Shown here: one piece after another, positions 21,401 to 32,500 of the stretch
Position numbering within the stretch: the stretch's first letter is position 1
How the letters are laid out: each line of letters starts with the position of its first letter
Source of the DNA: Tubiluchus corallicola
Taxonomy: Eukaryota; Animalia; Priapulida
Length of the DNA: 34,357 bases
Assembly (NCBI GenBank): GCA_030141605.1
Contig: JAQGDQ010001028.1
Coordinates: 34,878-69,234, forward strand
Direction: 5' to 3'
Position numbers and translations under genes: made by a program
Notes under the pieces: generated by a model
Told to the model about the DNA's origin: nothing
Seen by the model: the letters and a program-made list of their open reading frames with translations, nothing else
The model's database searches: none

Positions 21401-23486
21401 TTCGAATTCGAAAGTCACAAATTCGGTTCGATTTGAATTGGCTTTCTGGTAGAAAATGCTCACCCCTATGAGTGGTACTGTTTTGTGTAACAGAAGTACC
21501 TAATGTGACACTAGTGGCATGCTAGCACTAACAGTGATGGATGAGAAAAAAATACTAAATAATGGGAAAGGATGGCAAAGACCTGAAGGTCAAACTAAAC
21601 AAAATTTTGGCAAAAACTGTGCTGGTGCTGGTTCATATTAAATGTTGAATCCTACTTAGAATTATGTTAAGACTGAACTTTAACATTAACTAACAAGTAC
21701 TAAAAAACGTAAGAAAAAATTTGTAACAAAAAAGCTGAACGAGAAAGAGAATCAAACATAAAATTTTAGCAGTGACAGTAAAAATACTTATGTCAAACAA
21801 GGTGACAGTAAGTTTCGAAATTAATTGCCATTAAGTTCAATAATCAATTAAAAATTCTTTTAGAAATTGTTTTAAAATGTTGGCAAAATAATATACAAAT
21901 TTGTAAAAAGTATCATGCATAAAACTAAGTATTTGTTCCAGAGAGCCAAAACCAGACACAGAAAAGACATCACCAACAGTAATACCTACATTGGGAACAA
22001 CAACTACACCAAAACCACTGAAATGGATGGATCAACCATGTCTTCGCACAAGACAGTGTCCAAAGAGGTATGTCCTGTGATCTTCTGTGTTCTGATTTAA
22101 AACTGTGCTTGAATGAAGATAGATTACAATTATTTGCTAAACAAACTATGTCTGTGAAATTGCAAATAGATTAGTTTCTTGAAGGCTCAAGTGTGATTAA
22201 ATATACTAACCAAGGCTCGTGAATGTAATTCTAAATTGTCTTACAAAAAATACTAGTTGTATGTTATTCTTCAAAGCAATGATGAAAGAGGAACTGGTAT
22301 GTGTGATTGTGTTAGCATTACATTTTTAAGTCAGTTGAAAAGCATGCTTTTCCTGTCTGTTTGTCAACATTATACTGATCAATGAAGTACCTGATTGTTT
22401 GCTTATTTGCATCTGGAGTTTTATAGAGCTGGGAGTTCTTACTTGTCTGCATAAGTTCTGCGAAAGTCAAAGTAACACTGGCAGTGTTAGTAGTGATAAC
22501 AGTAAAATAATGTTGCCACTGTAGACACATAGAGAATAACAGCAAATTTGTGTTTGCAAATTTTAAATTGCTTTTTGCATAATTAATGGTAGAAGGTGTA
22601 GATAATTTGAGGAAGGCATGTTTTTCTGTACTGTTATGGACTTCTGTGCCACGTATTAACACTACAAAAAATATGGGAGACGGCGAGAAAGAAAGTGAAA
22701 CATGTAGCAGAAAAGAAGGGAAGAGAAAGAGAGAGAGGCAAATTAACAGAGAACTACATTTTCTTTTATTGAAACGTTTTTCTAGTTTTTCGGATTCGCC
22801 AGTTATTCTGGTGTCACTAGATGGTTTCCGTGCAGAGTACCTCCTGCGAAACTTCACACCTACACTGGGCCGGCTAACTGAATGCGGAACACATGCCACG
22901 CACATGCGAAGTGTTTATCCTACAATGACTTTCCCGAATCATTACACAATTGCAACAGTATGATATATTCTGTAGCCTCATAATGTCTACAAGTGCTAAA
23001 TAATTAGTCGTAATCATTATGCTGCTAAAATATATTTGTTTTATGTTCAGACATTCAAACACTTTAATGCTTGTAGATGAGAACATTATACCTCATCTCA
23101 GGCATTAGCGTGCTTGTATGACTAAAGGCGGAGCGTAAAGCAATTGAAAAATTATTAGTTTTTTCTGGCACAGGGCCACTTGTCTGATCATCCGTTGATG
23201 AAAACAATGTGAAAATTACAGCTTTAATGTGATCTGTAGATACCTAACCGTCACTCCTACTGTGAACACAATTTAAACTGTGTTAAGCTGACATTGTGTG
23301 CACAACATATGAATTCCACAGCTTGCAGCCAATGCTGTTGAAGGCATGTTGATGTGATCATTTTATCATAACCTGTGGACTATAGTAACTGCATTTTCAT
23401 TGTAAAAAACTAGTATCGCACAGCTAAGTTCGAATCAAAGGTTTGGAAATATTTTATACACAGACGCACGCATGCACGCACCCACG

Positions 23487-23541
<55 letters not shown>

Positions 23542-23553
23542 GTATAAAATATG

Positions 23554-23596
<43 letters not shown>

Positions 23597-26500
23597 ATAA
23601 GAATACTAGAAAAACACACACGCAGCAGTTATATTTCAACATTAGTTTAATTTAGAAGTTTAGCTTTCGATACATGGCATCTTCATCAGAACAAAGGAGA
23701 TTGCTGAGGGAAGTATTGTGACAGGCCTATTCCTAAGAACTATGTATATATATAGAACTATATATATGTATTTATTTATATCATTTATATCGTATAGATA
23801 TTTATATCATTGTCTCTGTTGTTTTATTTATTTTAGGGGTTGTATCCAGTTTCTCATGGTATTGTTGACAACAGCTTCTATGATCCGGAGTTTAGAGCAC
23901 GGTTCAGCGTTGGATCTGCAGAAGCTGCCAAAAATCGTTGGTGGTGGGGAGAGCCAGTAATTCTATGGTTTTTATTTTGAAACACATTTTAAAAGCAGTT
24001 TCTTTTTAAAGTGTTTTTTAATTCGTAAATTCGCAATTGTTTAAAGTTTTTAGAAGAATAGTTTTAATATTGAATAATAAATGAATAATAATGAGTAATA
24101 GTGGATAATGGATAATAAATTATTTCTGGACTGCCTTCAATTTGATGTAGATATGGAATACTGTTGAGAAACAAGGAAAGAAAGCTGCCACATTTTTCTG
24201 GCCCGGTTCAGATGTTGATATCCAAGGTAGATGTTTACTTTTGTCATATCAGCGCTTAAACCAATTTTAAGTGTTAACTGCTTGTTGCGGCTAAATAGTT
24301 TCTTGCTCAAAAACGTTCTTGATTATGTGCAAATTTGTATAAATTTTTCATTTGTAATTTTTGTATCAGCTTCTATGTTTGCTATGATGTTTTGTTATTG
24401 ACAGATATGCGACCATCCTACTACAAGAATTACTCCAGCAGTGTACCTTATGAAGAGAGGGTTAATCAAATTCTTGCGTGGCTTGATCTACCAAAAGCAT
24501 ACCGTCCGAGCTTTTTCACTTTGTACTTCGAAGAACCGGATAAAGCTGGTCATGAACCTGGACCTGATACTGATTATGTATAACTAAGTGTTGTTTTAGT
24601 ATGACTGTGAGATTTTTTGAATTAATTTTATGAGGATGTCATGAACCTAAAATTGAATTTCAAAGTCAGAACTGAATCCGAGTCTATTTTAGATTAGTTT
24701 GCCAGATCGAATTATACCTGAATTCTGTTTTGAAATCTTTTTTCTGAACTACATCCAAAAATTTCATTTCTTGAGTCTAATTTCAATCTGGTATTTTTCT
24801 CAATTATTGTGTAAATTATGCAAAATTTCAACAACATTTTATGCAATAGTGACATAGTAGAATAAATGTTAAATTGCCATCTGTTGGGATTGATCATTCA
24901 TGTATTTTAAACGTAGAAATGGGTACAGGTTTCCAGTGCTTAATATTGTTTACCAAAATGTCATAAGGTCAGGGAATCCTATGAGATAACCAAACTGAAC
25001 ATCAGCTTAAAGTTAATTTGCTGTAGACAAAAAACTAAAGAACTAAGGTGTGCTGCATATTTTGACGAACCTGGGCTGAAACAGAAATTAACAACAGTAT
25101 TGTGTGAATTTGAAGCCAAACAAAACTCACTTTTGGGTCCTGAAATGAAGTATTGGTTTTGCCAAAGTTTCTTAAAATCCCTAACATTTTCGAATGCTTT
25201 TGATAAACTTGTACATTGTTAGAAGAACTGACCATCTGTTATCAAAGCATATTTAATACAAGATTTGCTATGTTAGTCAAGAGGCAGAAAAGAAGATGAA
25301 GATGCTCATTTTAGTCTTGTTATCAGTATATTTATCGGTAGACATTCAGATATCATTATTATAGGCTGAACTTTAGTTTTTCTCTTTCATCTTTTCAGGA
25401 ACTGATTTACATCCACATTTTCTTAGTTTTTATTTACCAGCAAATTGTACTGATTTTGCCTATATAATACTCTTTATGTATAAGTATAATTTTGTGCATT
25501 TTTCTGCGAACCAAAGTACTGCATCTACATTTAACAAACTCTAAGCTTTTGTGTCATAAGTTTTACATATGTAGTAGCACAATAACCTTAATTTGCCCTT
25601 ATGTGGTACAAAAATCAATAAATTGAATAACACTAGCTTGTGAGATTAATTTATATTCAGTAAAACTGTTTCATTATATTCTGTTTTGCAGTTAAATGAG
25701 AGGCTGACATATGTTGATGGGTACTTAGAGATGTTGATGGATGGATTGCTCGCTCGCAACCTACATGCGTGCGTTAATCTGATTGTCGTAGCCGATCATG
25801 GTGAATTCATTTTGCTTTTTCTATTTGAATAGCTGTGTTGTTAAAAATTGTTTTTTACTAATTTGACAGTTTGTTTGTCTGTGAAGCAGTGTAGAGTACA
25901 ACGACTTCTGTTCAATACATGAAATTTTAGGCTGTTGCAATCATAATGCGGAAATAAAACAAACAAAAAGTGAAAAAAATAATAACAATACACTAAAACC
26001 AACATTGACAAAAATTCTGAAAGCGTGATAAATAGTTGATCATAATTAATATTACAACATTTTTGTTCTGACAGCCATTTGTAAGATGCCGTAATGAGAT
26101 GGTAAACGCAAAAAGTGTCTTGCGCACAGCTAATGGAGCAGGTTGCGCCATTTGGCATTATATACATTTGGCTTTTTTATTAATTTTATTATTATTGATT
26201 TGAGAAATTGTAAATCCTTGCTTAATGACACCACGTTTAGTGACATAATTTTTATCAATGAAAGTTTGCCACTAATTTCCTCTTATGGATGTTTTGCATT
26301 GTAACAATAAATTTTGATACTCTAACCCTAACTCTAGCCCTATCCCAACCCTAAACTTGTCCCTAACCCTAATCCTAATCTTAATCCGCTTCACAAAATA
26401 ATTTCTTGCGTGTGGGAAATTGTAAACATTAGCCTAAATTTTTTACATTTCTTCAAGCAAAATCTATAACACAAGAGAAAACAGGTTGCAAACTTATGTT

Positions 26501-29500
26501 TGAAATTTGAAGTCTAACAAATAAATATTGTAGTCCAGTTTAACTGCAAGAAGCGTATGGAAGTAGTCACAAATTTATAAACAATGTGGGATTCCCGTAT
26601 AATCTTTAAAGATATCTCTTTCCCAATGCTAACTCTATATCTTTCCAAATGACCACTCTTGCTTTATAGACATGTGGACTAGTGCAGCCATTTTAGGTTT
26701 GTGTCTGTAGTAAAATTACCTGTTTGTTGGTTGTTTTGCTTAGGTATGGCACCACACCACTGTGATCGACGTGAGTTTCTGCAGGATTACATCATATTGC
26801 GGGGACTTTATGTGGATGAGGGACCAAACGTTCGGATTGACATAACCGATGAAACTAGTAAGTAGTTATTAACAGGGCCTATTTCAAGGGGGGAAGGGCA
26901 ATACTTCCCCGGGGCCACCCTCCAGGGGGGCCTCGTGCCAAGGTAACATTTTTTTTGCTTTATGCGAACATACTGCCTCATCTCTCCCTCTCTTTCTCTT
27001 GCCACACACGTGCCGTTTGCCAGTATTGACAAGTATTAAGGACTGGTCTTGAGAATAAAGCAGTTTTTCTTGCAAGTGTTCTTTCCTTTAACAACTGTAT
27101 AACTCCATATTTTCTCTTCGAAAATGCTTCTCCGGCATTCTAGCAGTTCAAAAATTTTTTGGGCACCAACCATGGTTGGCGCCCGCCCCCGGCGCTTCTT
27201 CCCCCTCCCCAATGGGGCCTCACACGCCCCACTTCCCCGGGCCTCACCTAGGCTGAAATAGGCCCTGGTTATTAAGTAGACATTGTGTATTAAGCTGATA
27301 CATCGATGCATTGTGATGCCTTTTGTAATGATACGTGTATCGTCAAAATGCGCCAGTATTGTGATAATGTAAATCACTGATATTTAGCACAAGCTAGACT
27401 GTCCGCTGATAAAAACAGTGTTAAATAATTCAAGCTGCAGCTGTGGGGAAATAATTAGTGCAGTGAGCACAGCATATATAGGCAGCTTGACCTTGACACG
27501 GGCAGACCTGCTGCTAGAAGCCAGCCAAAGCCAAGCTGTTGAAAGTGCAATGCGTTTATAATGTATAGTAGGCTAATTACGTTTTTTGATTATAAGTGTC
27601 TGAAATGGCTTGCAGCAAATGTGGACTAGAAAATGCACCAGCATATTTTAAATCAAAAAGTATTGAAATGTTTTGCATTTCTGGTGGCTTACAATGCAAA
27701 TAATACAAGAGTATAAACAGAAATCAAACGGTTTGCTGATTTATTTTAGCACTTACCAATTTTAACATTGTTTGATAAATGTAATATATACATATCATAT
27801 ACCAATAGCTTAATTTAGTTTTTTTTATTAAAGCCTGCAAACGCTAACTCAATGTGTATCGTGATACATATTGTATCGTGAGGTTAGTATCGTGACATGT
27901 ATCATATCGTGACTTAGGTTTATTGTTACAGCCCTAATGTAACTTAGGTATATAACGTAAGTACCTTAAGTATCTCTTAAAAATTTAGTTTTTGACATAG
28001 CTTCAATAATTGTCAAAGCAGAGAGAGCCAACCAAGCATCTAGAAGACGCCAGTAATAGTTGTAATTTCATAACAAGGTATGATCAAATGATGTAGTTAT
28101 TATTACGCTATTCCGTTTCCATTTGATCTGTTTTTTTCTGTCCAGTTTTTACCAGTTAAGGCATTTTTTAAGGATGGCCAGACAGGGAACGTGTTTGGGA
28201 AGACGTGGTCTGTAGAAGTACGCACTATGATGCTTATCTCAGAGAAGACGTGCCAAAACGTTATCACTATTCTGATAGCAGACGTCTGGGAGAAGTGATT
28301 ATTGATGTGGAAGAAGAGTGGCTTGTAGCAAGGTAACCATGAGCTTTTAAGTTTCAAAAAGAAAATGAGATAATTTCTTGGACAATAGCTGATTTTAATA
28401 TTTGAGAAAAAGGTTAGAAAGTTTCAGTGATAAAATTGTAATATCATCATCATACGCCCGTCACGTCTATTGTAGACATGGGGCAGGCAGAATTCTAAAA
28501 TAAAAGAAATCTGCCTTCAGATTTCAGGCAGAAAATTGTAATAAGCACCCATGTTATTAGTAAAGCCAATTTCACATTATGCTTGGGTCTGCTCATTTTG
28601 AACAAAAAAAGTTGTGATCTGTTTACATATAGACAATTACCTGCCAGGTGATTGGACAACCTATTTTGCATGTATTGTGAACTATAGGCAATCCTAAACG
28701 GTTAAACGAGAGATTATTAATACTACTGTTTTGTTTTTTGATGAACCCTGTTGCCCATTACGTCATGAAACTCATAATAATGTTATATCCTCCAACTCAG
28801 TTCGACTGGGTTGATGAAAAACGATGAAAAAATAATTATTTTAATAAGCTAAAACTGAAGTCTATAAGTTAAGTAAAGTTACTGTATGCTCGCAACCTGG
28901 CAGAATTGCATGCTTATCTGTAATAATATTCCTTACGCATATATGGTGTAGTACTTACGCATGAGGTATAACCATTTTTTGATTAAAGCTATGCAAGCAC
29001 TTTAAAGGTGTTGCTAATTTACCTGGTGTCTAGTTTTTACATAAGCACAGTTAAACACAGAAATTTAATCACCTGGGATAGCACATTTTGTGAGAGAACA
29101 GCAAAGGTTTCGTTACTCATCTGCATAGCTTTGCATGTGATCCACCAGCTTACGTCATTTTCCTCCAATAATGAGTTTGGCGGGAGATCAGAATGATTTA
29201 AATTTCTTTTGCATTTTTAAGCAAGTCATTTTTTGCACATATGTTTTGTGGTGATTTCAATACGTTTAAGTGTATGTTAAGATACAATGAATTTTGTTTA
29301 CAGGTTGTTTTTCTCCTAAAAACTGAAAGCTAATTTTTTATCATCATCTTGCATGCTTGTATCTAGCAATTTTGTTTTGCATATTTGCTGCAATGCCCTA
29401 AAATGCAGTTTGAAGCATCTGATATGAAGTTCCGACTTTTGTCATGTATCACAATAAATACGCGACCAATAAAAATATTGTTGTTGTAAGGTTGACTGAT

Positions 29501-32500
29501 TTTCTTTTTTGAGAAAACCAATTGTCTTAATCTAAATTAGAATTGAGGTAAGCTAGCAAAAATATAAAGTTAATCGATTTTGTTCCTTTAACCATCTTTT
29601 CAAAAGAATGAAATTGAAAAATTGGTTATTTTATAGTAAACTTATAAAAATGTGCCAATACCTTTGGTTTGCTCTGTATGTGTTCTGTATTTTTCATATT
29701 ACTTGTTTCGTAGTTTTTGCTACATTTTTTGCATTGCTAAGTTAAAACCTTCAATTAATAGAAAGGTGAATCCTGCACCGAAATCTGTTTATTACCTGTG
29801 TCATGAACTTTTCAAGGCTTTTATTTTCTCTGTCATGTGACTGACCTGGTATTTTAGCTTGCAATTTTTCAACATTTTCTTTCAACATTTCTACAGCTAT
29901 AGATTGTAGTTTCCATTCCCTTGTTACTGAGTTAGCTGGTCGTTACATTTACTTTTTTACTACTGTCTGCTTCATTGGATATTCATACAATTGAGTAATT
30001 TATAGGCGACCAGACACATACACGTTCTGCGAGGGTGGAAATCACGGATGGGATGCACGTGTAGCAAGCATGCATGCAATATTTGTAGCCCATGGTCCCA
30101 GTTTCCAGCGTGGAACTATAAGCTTTCCGTTCCAAAATATAGAAGTCTACAACTTGCTATGTGGTAACATGCTTTTATTTCTAGCAGCATATATATATAT
30201 ATAGTGTGTCTGTATATTTCACTGCTTCTACCACATTTCTTGCTAACATTACTACAGTAATACCTTTGCTATAATGTCGCTTTTTACACCTATGTCTACT
30301 AACGATATTCACTTGAATATCCTGAAACAGTGCTTAAAGTGTACTGGATCTGTTAAGGTCGCAGACCCAGAACCTAAAATTACAGACCCTGCACCTAAAG
30401 AAACAGAGCCTTGCTGGGTCGCACATTTTGATTTCGCGCCATTTAATTAGGTATAACGTTATCCACACGTATAACACAGGTTTAATTAGGTATAACACAA
30501 GTTAGCAGCGCAATTTCCATCTTTCGGTCAGCAAAACTGAACTATAGACAATAATTCAGTTATGCAGACGATGATTGTCTTTGGCAGAAGTCATCATGGA
30601 AATTACAGCTAGCGCACTTTGCTGTACTTTGTTTAGACAGTGATTCCTCACAGACAAACTGTTTGAATAGGCCAAGACTTGTGCCAGGTAATGTATAACA
30701 GCTAGCTGATGAAAACTAGTTAAATCATTGGTTAAAAAGCAATTGTTGTTTTTCAAGTAAGATCCTTAATCCCTTAATGACAAAAAACTGTTGAAAAACT
30801 GCTTACCAAACTGACGTTTTTTATCGTTACAGGCCCCAAATGCCTAAAATTGAGGAAAATGCATTGGTTCTTGTCCCACAGTAAGCAATGGATTCCACAG
30901 GAGAGCTCTACAGCATTCCCCCAGACCTCCAGACCTCCTGACTGTTTTTTGCTGTATTCACCATGAGACCCCTTACTTAAAGACTGGCTTGAAGTACATG
31001 GAATATGAAAATTCCTACATTGTGCCTTACTGCGTGTTTATCAGTTTTTTTGCACTTTTTATTTTTTAGAACTGCTAAACCTACAACCAGCGTCAAACAA
31101 TGGTACATGGGGAAGTCTACATCATATGTTGAACTATGACACTGGACTGCAACCACCGCCTTATAATTCAGTCTATGACGAATGGAATTTTCCAGCTGAC
31201 GAAGACGCATACAATGATATAGTTGCTGAGTTCAAATGCGACTGCGATTACAAGGTAAATAGAAGCATTGTTAAATACATAGTAACAACCTAAGAGTAAA
31301 AAGCAAGTATTTATTGCCATGTTATTGCAGTATCTTTGTGAAATATCAGATACAGGGTTTTTTGGACAGCATTACAACAAAATCCAAAATTTTTTCGTGT
31401 TTGAACTAAGATAAATATCCCTCTGTAAAGGAACATGCTCTTCAATGAGTGATTAAAATGTCCATCTTCAGTAAAAGATCAAATCAAGAATGAAAGACCG
31501 TAGTATTATATTATGTTTTGAAGGCAACAATTTTTTTCTGCTTTCTTTTTATGCAAACTGTCGACAAATTGCCACTTCACGTGAAAGGTTCACATGAAAT
31601 TTGTTCACCTTTATCAGTTGGTATCAGTGAGAGAGTAAATAAATGGATGACTGAGATACATTTAAATTTATAATGTTATGATCGCTCTTAACTAGCTATG
31701 TTTTGTAGGATGATGAGTATTCCATGTATGAGATTGACTCACAGTTGCATCTAGATGAGAATGAAATAGCAGCTTCTATAGAGAAATTTGCTCCTTGGGG
31801 TTTGCCGGGCATTTCCTTGGACAGAAAGCCTCACCTAATGCATCAAAGCGATTATCTGTTAGCTTTCAGCAAAGAATTCTATTTGCCAATTTTCGCTGCG
31901 TACATTGTGGATAAGGTAGTGTCATTGCATAATAGTTGTGGGCAGGTACTGCCTTTACTTGTGTATAGAAGCCATTATTGTTATCTGTTGGCACTAAGTA
32001 TGAAGTAAATAAATTTCAATATTTACCTGGGGCAAGAGACAGCTGGTTTTTAAATACATCCAAAATAAAAATAATCAGCCAAAATCTCTGGCAAAATTCT
32101 AAAAATGAAAATGAAGCTAAAGTTCCGCAGTCTGCGCTAAATATGTGGAGCACAAAATTAAAGCCAGGAAGTGGTTGTGATAAGAAAACATTGTGATTCC
32201 TTAGTATGGCATTGAGCATTGAACATAATATGAAATAAACAGGGGCAGATTAACCAATAGGCTAACTAGGCTATAGCCTGGGGTGCCAAAGTTTAACATT
32301 TAAAAAAATTGATATTCTCTTTGGAAAATGCGTATACTTTCATATTCACGTAAAGGGCACATTTTATAACACACCACGGGCAGCTACTGAGCACAGCTTT
32401 TATATAAGTGGCACATAACGAACAAGTGCAACGTATTACACAACAAGCAAGTGCTATGCAAATACACGTAATTAATAATGATCACGTAGTAACTAGGTTA

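Noticed and set aside
22318-22905. 195-aa minus-strand ORF, the longest in the track
   Set aside because: It overlaps an ENPP exon antisense plus low-complexity intron, and has no recognisable motif.
27398-27445. Possible ENPP mini-exon ([13 protein letters not shown])
   Set aside because: Exon 26744-26857 already joins 28173 in phase with full alignment coverage, the splice signals are poor, and the site lies in a MITE remnant.
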